Assembly: GCF_006345805.1 (NCBI RefSeq)
Contig: NC_043020.1
Location: 12,276,001 to 12,340,000 of the forward strand
Length of the DNA stretch: 64,000 bases
Origin: Octopus sinensis
Lineage: Eukaryota
Direction: 5' to 3'
Under the pieces are notes generated by a model. It saw only the letters and a program-made list of their open reading frames with translations. It was not told where the DNA came from and made no database searches. Shown here one piece after another: positions 39,302 through 53,903 of the stretch. Each line of letters starts with the position of its first letter. Within the stretch, counting starts at the first letter, position 1. The position numbers and the translations under genes were made by a program.

Positions 39302-40734
39302 AAGGTATATATATACACGTGTGTGTGTATATATATATACGCATATGTATAGATATGTATGTGTGTGTGTATCTGTGTGTTTGTGTTTGACGACCGGCGT
39401 TGGTGTGTTTACGTCCCCATAAGTTAGCTGTCCCACAAAAGAGACAACGAGATAAAGTACTTGGCATGAAAAAAAAAACAACAAAGTATTGGGTGGGTGG
39501 GTGGGGGGTTCGATTTGTTCGACTAAAATCTCTTCGAAGTTGTGCTCCAGCATGGCCGCTGTCAAATGACTGAAACAAGTAAGAGAATAAAAAAATGCAC
39601 GTACACAAAATCAAATACAAAATACATACACACACACTGATATATAACTACACACACACACACACACACACAACACACACACACACACGCACGCACACGC
39701 ACACACTCATCCTGACATGTAGGCTTAGACACACGTTGTGGCGTACCAATTCCATTCTCGTTTACCAAAGAATTTATAGCCCTTCAGATTTTGGCAACGA
39801 ATCAGAACTGACCGACTTTTAGCAGAAATTCTGTAATTTCTTTCAATAGTTTCATTTTTTTTTTGCCTACCTCTCTCCCTCCCTCCCTCCCTCCCTACCT
39901 ACCTACCTATCTACCTACCTACCTACCTACCTATCTACCTACCTTATTTCTTTACTACCCACAAGGGGCTAAACATAGAGCGGACAAACAAGGACAGACA
40001 AACGGATTAAGTCGATTACATCGACCCCCAGTGCGTAACTGGTACTTAATTTATCGACCCCGAAAGGATGAAAGGCAAAGTCGACCTCGGCGGAATTTGA
40101 ACTCAGAACGTAACGGCAGACGAAATACCTATTTCTTTACTACCCACAAGGGGCTAAACACAGAAGGGACAAACAAGGACAGACAAAGGGATTAAGTCGA
40201 TTACATCGACCCCCAGTGCGTAACTGGTACTTAATTTATCGACCCCGAAAGGATGAAAGGCAAAGTCGACCTCGGCGGAATTTGAACTCGGAATGTAACG
40301 GCAGACGAAATACGGCTACGCATTTCGCCCGGCGTGCTAACGATTCTGCCAGCTCGCCGCCCTACCTACCTACCTATCTATCTACCTACCTACCTACATA
40401 CCTCCCACCACCGAGTCCTCTTCCTTTCACCCACTTTTTTCAATCAGCCCCTCCTCTCGAAATTCTGTTGATTGATTTATAACACTTGTCATCATTGCTG
40501 TTTTTGTTGTTTAGTCACGGCATCCAGGTACCCAGTAACCCACTCCAACCAAGTTGGCCCCGATTTAAATGGGCCCCATTCGTGAACTCACATTTTTTTT
40601 TACCCAGGTGCTTTCAGGTTTTTTTAACAAAATCTAGTTGCTATTTCTTGCAAATTAGTCGACCACTTTGGGGTTCCGCTGTTGGTTCCATTTATTTCAA
40701 TTTACCAATAAGTCCGATTCGAGAGCAGAAGCTC

Positions 40735-40776
<42 letters not shown>

Positions 40777-40971
40777 CAGGCTTCCGTACAGTTTTAGTGT
40801 CTCATTTATTAACAGGCGAGTGATTGTCCCGTGTGTGTGTGAGTGTGTGTGTATGTGTGTATACACACACTATTGAAAAGGTTGCAAGACACAATGAAAT
40901 ATGCTTCAATACACGAATTCACATAAAGAATCTTACAAACCAAATACAAAAACAAAACACACACGCACACA

Positions 40972-41032
<61 letters not shown>

Positions 41033-41130
41033 GTTAATCGAAACAGGAACAAAGAGAAAAAACAACAACGCAGGACGTGGAACATGTATAGTGTTATTGG
41101 ATGCTCAGGAAAGCAAAGAAAGAAGGAGGA

Positions 41131-41164
41131 TTTAACGTTTCGAGTTGAGTTCTTCGTCAGAAAC
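41131..41164 (-). ncRNA. Degenerate minimal hammerhead motif (same repeat family as 54910)
   Basis: GTTT CTGACGA A GAAC-TCA-ACTC GAA ACGT T AAA; core intact, stem II has 2 mismatches. Confidence 0.5.
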
Positions 41165-42687
41165 ATAGGGGAAGGAAAGATCCAAGGAAGGGAAGACGGA
41201 GGAAAAAAATCGCCAACGATACACACGCGGTCACATATTGAAATGTATATATATATATATATATGGGGGAAGGTGGATGGGAGTGTTTGTTTCTCATCGT
41301 TTGACAAACGGTGCTGGTTGGTTTATGTCCCCATAACTTAGCGGTTCGGCAAAAGAGACCGATAGAATAAGTACTAGGCTTACAAAGAATAAGTCCTGGG
41401 GGTCGATTTGCTCAGCTAAAAGGCGGTGCTCCAGCATGGCCGCAGTCAAATGACTGAAACAAGAAAAAGAGTAAAAGAGTAATATGTATAATGGAAGCCG
41501 TCAAGATTTCGAGTTTCCTCTTTAGAATGAAAGAAAAGACACATGACTTCATTGTCCAAAAATATTTTGAAAAGAAATGTATTTTTTTTATTGGTTCTGT
41601 CATGTTTCCTTGGTGAGAGAAGACGTGATTTGATTGGCTGTAATTGGCGTTGTTTGGGAAACAAGCTATGAAATGTTGAGTGCTAAATAATGTACGGAGA
41701 TGGCTAGGTGTAGTGAGAAAGAGAGGAAGAAAGTTGAAGGTGTATTGGAAGGCAAGAGTAGAATATATTGAAGTGCGTGGCGTGTGCACGCGTGTGCTAA
41801 GGATGTATTGGTTACGGGAAGTTACTCAGAGCGTTAAATTTCCCTTACGGAATGTTGTGCGTGATGGAAATAGGTCAAGCGTAAATAAACTGCTAGCAGT
41901 CGACGATTTTGTATTCCTTTTATAAATATGGAGTTGTATTTTTACCAAAAAATTATGTTTTGATTGGTGACTGGAGATTTTCTGGGACAGAATTGTATTT
42001 CAGCCTTCTCACTGGGACGCATCATCTCGAAAGTTCGTATTATTGCTGTTATCTCCAATTCAAGCCAGATTTTAAGAATTTGTCGTTTAAATCCCCAATG
42101 TATCTTGATAAAGTGGTGGCTGTGAGTCTGGCTAGTTTTCGAAATAAATTTGAAATACGAACCTGAGTCTCTTTCTTGACACCTTATTTCTTTATTGCCC
42201 ACAAAGGGCTAAACATAGAGGGGACAAACAAAGACAGACAAACGGATTAAGTCGATTATATCGACCCCAGTGCGTAACTGGTACTTATTTAATCGACCCT
42301 GAAAGGATGAAAGGCAAAGTCGACCCCGGCGGAATTTGAACTCAGAACGTAAAGACAGACGAAATACCTATTTCTTTACTACCCACAAGAGGCTAAACAT
42401 AGAGGGGACAAACAAGGACAGACAGACGGATTAAGTCGATTACATTGACCCCAGTGCGTAACTGGTACTAATTTAATCGACCCCGAAAGGATTATTATTA
42501 TGTGTGTGTATAATGACAAACGCATACATTTCTACAATTCTCAACCGATTTTCACCAAACTTTACACGCACATTGCTTATGTTCCAAGGATGGTCATGCA
42601 CTATATCGTTTTGCCCAGAGCTCCCGCATAAATGGAAGTAAACAGACATAGTTATGATATGAAATACAACTGGAACAGTTCCTTACA

Positions 42688-45600
42688 TGTGTCAGGTCTC
42701 CGCTTGGAGCTACTGGTAACATGTAACCCAGTACAACCTGTTACATGGTCGGGTCGTTGGCGACTAAACTGGCAACCCCACCAAGATTTCTTGGTGAGGA
42801 GGGTGATTTGGACACCCAGCACGACTAAAAACAAAACCTGTCAAAGGGCAGAGGAACTCTCTCATGAGTCAATGGCCATCCAAAATCCGGAGTGGAGCCC
42901 CTAAGGCGGTTGGATTGCGCCATGCGTGTCACCTTCCGGCAGCTCCTGCATTTTGGTCTACCCCCAGTCGTCTTGACTTTGTCTTGCCACTGGATCCGGC
43001 GCACCAGGACGAGAGAGTGAGGCTGATCCTGCGCAAGTCACCCTCACTATAATCCAAGTCACGCGCATGTCACGACATCATGACGTCATGACACCAGCCC
43101 AAAGTCCTGTGGCGATGGGGAAACGGCGAAGTAGCAGGTGAGGATACACTGGGAGCTGCAGTCGTGAACCCACACACAGGCGGCTCAGGACATGTGGTCG
43201 CCCCTCACTGAACTGAGGCAGCAGTGGAGTCCGGTAGCCTCCTGAGTGACCGAGCAGCCCTCTTTAGGATCGCTCTGCTCGCCTCCCCAGCATGAGGACG
43301 GGGCTAGAAAAGGTTGCCCTAAACATAGCCTGCCTCACCTCACTCTGGTCAGCAAACCGCGGCTGGCGGGGATCCTTTCCAAGCGGTCGAAACAAAGAAA
43401 GAAGAAAACAAACAAAGGTGCTCACTTTCGCAACTTGGAACGTGAGAACTCTGCTTGACAACACCAAAGCGGACAGACCAGAGAGACGAACTGCCCTGGT
43501 GGCCAGAGAACTGAGCCGATACAATGTCGATATTGCAGCACTGAGCGAGACCCGCCTTGCGGACAAAGGCCAGCTGACAGAGACAGGCGGCGGCTACACT
43601 TACTTTTGGAGTGGTCGCAGCAGCGAAGAGTGTCGTGAGGCTGGTGTTGGTTTTGCCATTAAGTCAGTACACGTGCGGAAACTGAACCCCCCCCCCCCGA
43701 GGGTATCAACGATCGGCTGATGAAGATGCAGCTCCAACTTGGAAACAAGACTAGTGCGACCATCATCAGTGCTTACGCCCCCACCATGACCAACACTGAA
43801 GAAGTTAAGGACAGGTTCTATGAGGAACTCGACTCCCTCATCACGTCAGCCCAGCCTGGGAAGCTCATCCTCCTTGGGGATTTTAACGCCCGTGTCGGGA
43901 CTGACCACCAAGCCTGGCATCGCGTACTGGGAAAGCAAGGAATCGGAAGGTGCAACAGCAACGGACAGCTCCTCCTGCGTGCGTGTGCCTCTCATGATCT
44001 TACCATCGCCAACACCTTGTTCCGTCTGCCAACACGCAACAAGACATCATGGATGCATCCACGCTCCAAACACTGGCATCTGATAGATTACGTCATCGTC
44101 AGGGCGAAAGACAGGCGGGACGTGAGACTGGTCAAAGCCATGTGCGGAGCTGACTGCTGGACGGACCATCGCCTCATCATCTCCAGGATGGATTTCTACA
44201 TCCGACCTAAGAGAAGACCACAGGGTCAGAAAGTGACGAGGAAGCTTAACATCACGAAATTAAAGAACCAGCTGACTGCACAAGATCTCCAGTCACGTAT
44301 GGACAGTAAGCTGTTGGACATTCGGAGTGACCAGTCCAGCATCGATGAGCAGTGGGAATCATTCAGGGACACGGTTCATTCCATCGCCCTTGAAACTCTG
44401 GGCCAATTTACGAGGAACCACCAGGACTGGTTCGACGAAAACGACCAGAAAATTCAAAAGCTCCTGGAAGAGAAACGCCGTCTGCTGCGGGCTCACCAAA
44501 ATGACACCACCTGCACGGCAAAGAAGGCCGATTTCAACAACATTCGCAGCACAGTCCAGGCTAAACTCCGCCTCATGCAAGACGCATGGTTAAGCGCCAA
44601 AGCGGATGAGATTCAGGGATACGCAGACAAACACGACACCAAGAAATTCTACGAGGCGCTGAAAGCTGTCTATGGACCGCAGTTCTCCTTTGGATCAACC
44701 CCCCTGCTCAGCTCGGATGGAACCTCACTCCTGACTAACAAGAGGCTGATCCTGGAGAGATGGGCGGAGCATTTCAACATCGTGCTCAACCGACCAGCCC
44801 AGATCAACGAGGAAGCCATCGCACGACGACCCCCCAGGTGCCGACAAACCACGAGTTGGCTGTTCCCCCTGCAGTCGAGGAAGTGAGCAGAGCCATCAAA
44901 AAAATGTCCACCGGCAAAGCTCCAGGCTCTGACGCCATCCCTGCAGAGGTGTTCAAGTCGGGCGGCCCCACCATGATCAGTCAGCTCACCAGCCTGTTCC
45001 AGTCGATGTGAGACAGGGAACAACTCCCTCAAGATTTCCGGGACGCAACAATCGTCCACATTTATAAGCGGAAAGGAGATCGGCAGTCCTGCGACAACCA
45101 CCGAGGTATTTCCCTCTTGTCCATAGCAGGCAAGATCCTGGCCCGGGTCCTGCTTGACCGCCTTCTGGAACACTTGGAGCAAGGCCTTCTCCCTGAGAGC
45201 CAGTGTGGCTTCCGCCGCCGGGTCGAGGGACCACTGACATGATATTCGCCGCCCGCCAGCTCCAGGAGAAATGCATGGAGCAGCACCTTGACCCTGCATG
45301 ACCTTTGTTGACCTCACCAAGGCCTTTGATACAGTCAGTCGGGAGGAACTATGGAAGGTCATGGGAAAATTTGGTTGCCCCAGCAAATTTATTGCAATTG
45401 TCCGCCAGTTCCACGACGGAATGACAGCCAGAGTCCTTGAAGACGGCAACTCATCTGAAGCCTTCCAGGTGACCAACGGAGTCAGGCAGGCTGTGTCCTG
45501 GCCGCAACACTGTTCAGCATCATGTTCTCGGCAATGCTGTCCAACGCCTTTAGGGACTGCAAGTCAGTATCGACATCAAGTACAGGACAGACGGGAAACT

Positions 45601-46666
45601 TTTCAACTCCAGAAGATTGCAGGCTGTCACAAAGGTGAGGGAGACAGTCGTCAGAGACTTTCTCTTTGCTGACGACTGCGCCCTTAATGCAATCGATGAG
45701 CAGGAGATGCAAGCTCGAGATGGACAGGTTCTCATCAGCCTGTGACAACTTCGGTCTCACCATCAGTGCCAAGAAAACCGAAGTGATGTTTCAGCCAGCC
45801 CCCGGCAACAATACCATGAGCCTCAGATAAGGGTGAACGGACGGATCCTACGAGTGGTGGAAAACTTCACCTACCTGGGCAGCACTCTCTCCTGCAATGC
45901 CAACATAGATGCTGAAACCATCAACAGAATCTCCAAGGCAAGCAGCGCGTTTGGGAGACTGCGAAAGAAAGGTCTGGGAGCGGAGAGGAATCAGCCTCAA
46001 CACCAAGCTGAAAGTCTACCGGGCAGTCGTGCTTACCACCCTACTATACGGCTGCGAGACGTGGACTGCTTACCGAAGGCACGAGCGCCAGATAAACCAC
46101 TTCCATCTCAGGTGTCTTCGGAACCTCCTTCACATCCGCTGGCAGGAACAAAGTCCCAGACACGGAAGTTCTGAAGCAGGCAGATCTCCCTAGCACCATC
46201 ACAATCATGCGCAAGGCCCAGCTGAGATGGGCGGGTCACGTCTCCCGCATGTCCGACACTCGCATCCCAAAACAGCTCTTCTACGGTGAACTCGGCCAGG
46301 GCAGGCGCAAAGTCGGAGGGCAGAAGAAGCGCTACAAGGATAGTCTCAAGGTCTCTCTCAAGACTTCTCCATCGGAACAGAGACCTGGGAGACACTTGCT
46401 GCCAACCGCTCATCCTGGCGCAGCGCAATCACCGTGGGAGCAGGGACAGCCGAGGAGGGACGGATTCGGTCAGCGGAGCAGAAACGTCAGATGCGTAAAG
46501 CCAGAGCCACCTGCACCAGTAGCACGGCCCCTACCCACTTCTGCCCCACCTGTGGGAGGGGCTTCCTTGCCCGGATTGGCCTCACCAGCCACCTCCGGTC
46601 TCATGGCGCCAGTTCCATCAGATGATGTCAGTTGGTCATCTTCGAACCGAAGGACGAACATTATTA
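42688..46666 (+). mobile_element. Near full-length RTE-clade LINE
   Basis: GC-rich 5' UTR (start approximate), single APE+RT ORF, short 3' UTR ending CTTCGAACCGAAGGACGAACATTATTA. Confidence 0.92.
43292..46625 (+). pseudogene. RTE ORF (APE endonuclease + reverse transcriptase + C-terminal C2H2 finger), disrupted as assembled
   Basis: APE motifs TWNVRTL, ALSETRL, SAYAPT, LGDFNARVG, IDYVIV, TDHRLI; RT motifs KAPGSD, RGISLLSIAGKILAR, ESQCGF, FVDLTKAFDTV, FLFADD, FTYLGS; CPTCGRGFLARIGLTSHLRSH. Several 1-bp frameshifts and a TGA at ~45008. Confidence 0.92.
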
Positions 46667-46924
46667 CCTTACAAGAACGTACCAGCAGGACAGAGAGTTG
46701 GAGTTTGCCATGTCATAGCAGGACAGAGGGCTGGAGTTTGCAGTGGAAAGTCTCGTGAACCATGCATGCCCAAAAGTAATTTACCTAGTTTCTACAGCCA
46801 GTCAGGTGTATATAGGCAAATACGTGTACATATTCATGCGTAGAATGCACAGGTTAAAAATAATTTACAAACATAGTCACATGTGCAGCCACACACATTA
46901 ATAGACTTTCAAAATAACCGTAGC

Positions 46925-46990
<66 letters not shown>

Positions 46991-48614
46991 CACGATATGA
47001 ATACATTCTTTTTTACTTTAGCCACAAGGCCCGAAATTGTGGGGGAGAGGGTCAGTCGATTTGATCGACCCAATATGCAACTGGTACTTAATTTATCGAC
47101 CTCGAAAGGATGACAGGCAAAGTCGACCTCGGCGGAATTTGAACTCAGAACATAAAGACAGACGAAATACCTATTTCTTTATAACCCACAATGGGCTAAA
47201 CATAGAGGAGACAAACAAGGACAGACGTAGGTATTAAGTCAATTATATCGACCCCAGTGCGTAACAGGTACTTAATTTATCGACCCTGAAAGGATGAAAG
47301 GCAAAGTCGACCTCGGCGGAATTTGAACTCAGAACGTAAAGACAGACGAAATACCGCTAAGCATTTCGCCCGGTGTGCTAACGTTTCTTATTTCTTTACT
47401 ACCCACAAGGGGCCAAACACAGAGAGAACAAACAAGGACAGACAAATGGATTAAGTCGATTACATCGATTCCAGTGCGTAATTGGTACTTATTTAATCGA
47501 CCCTGAAAGGATGAAAGGCAAAGCCGACCTCGGCGGAATTTGAACTCAGAACGTAAAGACAGACGAAATACCGCTAAGCATTTCACCCGGTGTGCTAACG
47601 TTTCTTATTTCTTTACTACCCACAAGGAGCTACACACAGAGGGGACAAACAAGGACAGACAAAGGGATTAAGTCGGTTACATCGACCCCAGTGCGAAACT
47701 GGTACTTATTTAATCGACCCTGAAAGGATGAAAGGCAAAGCCGACATCGGCGGAATTTGAACTCAGAACTTAACAGCAGACGAAATACAACTGAGCATTT
47801 CAGCCGGTGTGCTAACGTTTCTGCCAGCTCGCCGCCTTACCATATGGATATATTTACACATATGCATCTATACATATATAAATACACAAACGCACACACA
47901 TAAACACACGCACATACATAAAATCATTATAACACACATGGATGGAAGCACTCCGTCGGTTGATCCGATCAGCCTGCTCGTGAAATTAACGTGTAAGTGG
48001 CTGAGCACTCCACAGACACGTGTACCCTTAACGTAGTTCTCGGGGATATTCAGCGTGACACAGAGAGTGACAAGGCCAGCCCTTTGAAGTACAGGTACAA
48101 TAGATACAGGAAGTAAGAGTGAGAGAAAGTTGTGGTGAAAGAGTACAGCAGGGATCACCACCATCCCCTGCCGGAGCCTCGTGGAGCTTTAGGTGTTTTC
48201 GCTCAATAAACACTCACAACGCCCGGTCTGGGAATCGAAACCGCAATCCTATGACCGCGAGTCCGCTGGCCTAACCACTGGGCCATTGAGCCTCCACTAT
48301 AACACACATACATACAAGACAATACAAGCATACATGAATATATATATACACGCATATATGCATATATAAACACACACCAATCCATACATGCCCTTTTGTT
48401 TCTTCCTTGTTTTGGCTATTATGGATCAGGCTGTTCTGGTGCTTGTACACACGCAAATGTATACTTGCATGACATACATACATGAACACGTGTACTCATA
48501 CACAGATAGACACACACACACACACACACACACACATGAATACACGCACTAAGAAATAACAAAGAATAGCGCTTTCTTTCACAAAACTCAAAGTATTTCT
48601 CTGATGATATTCTA

Positions 48615-49034
48615 TGTATGTATTGTGTATATGTATGTGTATATGTATGTATGTATGTGTTTATCTATGTATGTATTTATGTATGTACATGTGTGTGTGT
48701 ATTTATGTGTGTGTATCTATGTGTGTATGTATGTTTGAATGTGTATGTGTGCATGTATGTATGTATGTGTATATGTATGTATGTGTGTGAGTATGCATGT
48801 GTGTATGTATGTATTATGTATGTATGTATGTGTGTGTATGTACATGTGTATGTAATTGTGTGTATGTATGTATGTGTGTATGTACTTGTGTATGTAATTC
48901 TGTGTATGTAAGGGTCTCTGTGCGTGTGTGTATATTACGTAAGTGTATATGTACGTGTGTAATAATTGTGTATGTATGTATATATGTATGTTTGTATGTG
49001 CCTGTTTGCGTGTGTGCAAGTGCGTATGTATGCA

Positions 49035-49077
<43 letters not shown>

Positions 49078-49088
49078 CATACATGTAT

Positions 49089-49122
<34 letters not shown>

Positions 49123-49394
49123 GCATACATGTATGTATGTGTATATATGTGTGTGTATATACTTGTACATATGAATGTTTGTGTAAGTGTTCGCATGAAT
49201 GTATGTATTTATATATATATATATTATATATATATATTGTGTGTGTGTGGTGTGTATGCCTGTACGTATGAGTAACATACACGTATGATGCGTGTGTATG
49301 TATGCATTTGCGTACATGCATGCAGTATCTACATTAGATGTAGTATGCACGTATGCATGTATGTATGTATGTTTGTAGTGTGTATGAATATATA

Positions 49395-49427
<33 letters not shown>

Positions 49428-49492
49428 GTATATATATTATATATATATATTATCATATATATATATAATTAGATATATATACATATATATAC

Positions 49493-49543
<51 letters not shown>

Positions 49544-49690
49544 TACATATATATACATTATATATATATATAGATATATATATATATATATAATATATAT
49601 ATACATATATATATACATATATATATACATATATATACATATATAGATATATATCTATATATATATATATATATATATATATAGATGTAC
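48615..49690. repeat. (TG)/(TA)/(TATG) compound microsatellite
   Basis: Visible low-complexity tract. Confidence 0.95.
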
Positions 49691-49871
49691 TTATCTAATC
49701 TAACTATCTACACCTCAAACCTCTCTTCCACCAGTCAGCCTCCTTTCATGCACCTCTCTCTGTCTTTCTCGTGTCCTCCCACTACCGCTCACGACCAGCC
49801 ATCACTACAATACCCAAGTTTGGTACCCTGATTGCGCTGCTGCACCTCATACCCAGATCTTGTTTATCAAG

Positions 49872-49910
<39 letters not shown>

Positions 49911-50169
49911 AAAGAGAGAGAGAGAGGGGGGTGGAGAGAGAAGGTGGTGGTGGTGGTGGTGGTGGTGGAGATTAAAATGGAGAAAATGGTATAAACAGCT
50001 TCTCTTTCTACCTTTCAAGCTCTCCATCTTCCACCAGCCGTTTTAACAACTCCAATCCAATCCCACCGTGACCATCACTGCGATCGTAACGAATACTCCA
50101 CCCACCTCAGCTGCCACTATCATTGTCACAGCTGCTGTCACCCCCCCCACTGTACAACTACTCACCACT

Positions 50170-50935
50170 ATTACCACCACCACCACCACCACCACCACCA
50201 CCACCACACCAACACCACCACCACCAGCACCACCACCACCAACACCCATCACCACCACCACCACCACCACCATCACCACCACAACACCAATACCACACCA
50301 CCAAACAACCATCACCACCACCACCCCCACCATTCACCACCACCATCACCACCACCATTCACCATCACCACCACCATCACCACCACCACCACCACCACCA
50401 TCACCACCAAAACACCATCACCACCACCACCACCACCACCACCTCCACCACCCATCACCACCACCATCACCACCACCATCACCATCACCACCACCATCAC
50501 CACCACCACCACCACCACCAACACCATCACCACCACCACCACCACCACCACCACCACCACCACCACCACCACCACCACCACACACCACCACAACAACACC
50601 ATCACCACACCACCACCACATCACCACCACCACCAACACCACCAACACCACCACCACCACCACAACCACCACCAACACCACACCACCACCACCACCACCA
50701 CCACCAACACCACCACCACCACCACCACCACCACCACCTCCACCATCACCACACCACCACCATCACCACCACCATCACCACCACCACCACCACTACCACT
50801 ACAGCTATCACAATCACCTTCACAACTACCACCATCACAACACACACCACCCCCTCACCGCACGACATCCCCATCCCATCTCCATCACCACCACTACCAC
50901 CACCACCACCACCACCACCACCACTACCACTACGC
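50170..50935. repeat. Degenerate (CAC)n trinucleotide tract
   Basis: CAC/CAT/CAA mixture; source of poly-H/P/T ORFs. Confidence 0.95.
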
Positions 50936-52327
50936 AGCTATGATCAGCTGTAACACAAGCATCACCACCACCACCATGAACACTACATCTTCTACCCATC
51001 ACATCAGACTCCCCCACCCCACCGTCCCATTTCAGAACTAGTAGCACAACCACCACGATCATCTGCACTACCACCACCACTACCAGCATCACCAGCAGCA
51101 GCATCACCAGCAGCAGCAGCAGCAGCACCACCACCGCCACCACCACCATCTTATAACTACTATCATTAAATTAGTTACTTTCAAGATCAAACATCCTTCT
51201 CGGAATCTTATCTTCATTGCATACATTTTTAAACAAGTACACACACACATACATACATATACATACACACTCATACACACAAACACACACACACATACAC
51301 ACATACATACATACATACATACATACATACACACTCATACACACAAACATACATACATACATACATACATACACACACATACATACACACTCATACACAC
51401 ATACATACATACATACATACATACATACACACTCATACACACATACATACATACATACATATATATATACATACATAATACACACCCATACATACACACA
51501 CATACATACATATATATGTGTGTGTGTGTATATGTATATATATTTATATACATATATATATATATATACATACATGCATATATACCACACACACGCGCGC
51601 ATGTGTGTGTGTGCGTGTGTCTGTGTGTGTCTCTGTGTGTGTGTATGTGCGTGTGTGCTTTCTCTCAAACTGCCGATAAGCGACTTCTCGCATTCACTTC
51701 CAGTATGATAACATTTCTTAATCATGTAAACAATGAATATCATTTGTTAACAATCCCCCCTCGCGCCCTCCACAGTGGCCATCACCACCTCAGCTTCCAA
51801 ACTGCCACATCCACCACAGAAGCCGCTACCTTATATCCTCTCCATCATTTAGCATTCACTCTTCAAAATATCGATGGCATAAATTGGGAGCCGTCCACAT
51901 GAAAGGAAACCTATTTCTTTATTACCCACAAGGGGCTAAACACAGAGGGGACAAACAAGGACAGACAAACGGATTAAGTCGATTACATCGACTCCAGTGC
52001 GTAACTGGTACTTAATCTATCGATCCCAAATGAATGAAAGGCAAAGTCGACCTCGGCGGAATTTGAACTCAGAACGTAACGGCAGACGAAATACGGCTAC
52101 GTATTTCGCCCGGCGTGCTAACGATTCTGCCAGCTCGCCGCTGGAAACCTTCGACCATGCTTGATACAAGGGCTCCACGACGAACTTGCTCCACGGCCGA
52201 ACTCATTGATGTCGGTACCACGCATGAAACCCTGTCACTAACCGTGCCATGTCTCGAGAACTCAATGTTCGATTATGACTCTCATCTACCAGACACTGAT
52301 CCTTTTATATTTTTTATTTTAACTTTT

Positions 52328-53207
52328 GGATCTTTTCGGTTTGAACGGCAGTTTTTTCTAGCGGTGTCATATGAAATTGTTACCCATAATTATGACCCTA
52401 GTATCGATCTATTACATTTCAATCTATTTTAGGTTTAGGGTTAGGGTTGGGGGGAAGGGTATCTTTTTTTCTTCAGAAATGTAAATAAACGCTATCTGTT
52501 TCTTAAACGAGGGACATATTCATACGGTACAGAATGTTTTCACCTCAAATAGACGTCATTGATTGGTTGAAATTGCAGAAATTGAAGAAAAAAACATCAA
52601 CAAATATCTTACAATATCTTTTTTCTTCACAAATGTAAATAAACCCAATCTGTTTCTTAAACGAGGGACATATTCATACGGTACAGAATGTTTTCACCTC
52701 AAATAGACGTCATTGATTGGTTGAAATTGCAGAAATTGAAGAAAAAAAACAACAACAAATATCTTACAAACTATAGAATTTTCTCAATAAAGCCAAGAGA
52801 AAATGAAGGTCTCTCTCAAAGACTTCTCCATCGGCACAGAGACTTGGGAGACACTTGCTGCCGACCGCTCATCCTGGCGCAGCGCAATCACCCACAGAGC
52901 AGGACAGCGAGGAGGGACGGATTCGGTCAGCAGAGCAGAAACGCCAGATGCGGAAAGCCAGAGCCGCCTGCACCAGTAGCACGGCCCCTACCCACTTCTG
53001 CCCAACCTGTGGGAGGGCTTCCTTGCCCGGATTGGCCTCACCAGCCACCTCCGGTCTCATAGCGGCAGTTCCACCAGATGATGTCAGTGGTCATCTTCGA
53101 CCCCGAAGGACGAACATTATTATTATTATTACCAGTATACGAAGTTTAAAAGTGTTTACTTACGTGAAAAATTTTCTAAAAAACTGCCGTTCAAACCGAA
53201 AAGATCC
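52328..53207. mobile_element. Non-autonomous TIR element with 8-bp TSD, internal duplication and nested RTE fragment
   Basis: TIR GGATCTTTTCGGTTTGAACGGCAGTTTTT / AAAAACTGCCGTTCAAACCGAAAAGATCC; TSD TAACTTTT at 52320-52327 and 53208-53215; TTAGGGTTAGGG motif; ~155-bp tandem duplication 52460-52770. Confidence 0.88.
52806..53131 (+). mobile_element. 5'-truncated copy of the 42.7-46.7 kb RTE family
   Basis: Aligns to 46348-46666; KVSLKDFSIGTETWETLAADRSSWRSAIT...HFCPTCG; (ATT)n tail. Confidence 0.9.
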
Positions 53208-53365
53208 TAACTTTTTCAACTTTAACACTATCCACCCCAAGCAACTCGTAGCACACTTCATCTCTCCCCACGCTTAACATTCCGGGTACAATGTTATCTT
53301 CATGTATCTTTGACACCTAACGCCTGATGTGAATTGTCTCTGTGTCTGTCTACACATGTACACAT

Positions 53366-53447
<82 letters not shown>

Positions 53448-53453
<6 letters not shown>

Positions 53454-53625
53454 TGTGCTGAAAGGTTCTGGGCTTAAAGGGTATCGCGAAAGGGCTGGGC
53501 TGGAGGCCCAACCTTCCGATTTCTTTTACAGGGCTTAGAAAAACTGAAGGATTGATCTAATAATTGTGTGAATCTGAGAGGGGAATATGTTTAATGAAAT
53601 CATTATTAACTGATCCTCCTGTATT
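53448..53625 (+). mobile_element. Internally deleted mariner remnant
   Basis: Mariner-type TIR start CGAGGGTGTGCTGAAAGGTTC; frameshifted C-terminal codons resembling FFLQGLEKLKD..N.CVNLRGEYV; right TIR not clear. Confidence 0.55.
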
Positions 53626-53903
53626 TTCAACATTACATCGTGTGTGTGTGTGTGTGTGTGTGGTGTGTGTGTGTGTGTGTTGTGTGTGTGTGTTATATAT
53701 ATATATTATATATATGTTATACAAAATGAGAAAATGGAGAAATATATCTAAATCATTCATCAACTATCAGATAATACCGAATCATATACTTTATTAAAAC
53801 ACACAAGAGCATTAAGATTAGACATTAATACAGTACAATAATTACAATCAATATTGAGATATAACTAAATAAATATAACAAGATATAAAAATACATATAC
53901 ATT

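Noticed and set aside
42681-46673. CCTTACA as TSD of the full-length RTE
   Set aside because: Only 7 bp and the 5' boundary is not independently fixed; could be chance.
1578-51743. Many long low-complexity ORFs (poly-HT, VC, ER, SL, H/P/T)
   Set aside because: They are translations of microsatellites; no domains or splice evidence.
52430-52450. TTAGGG motifs as telomeric sequence (also 27612-27640)
   Set aside because: Only 2-3 imperfect units, internal to TIR elements.
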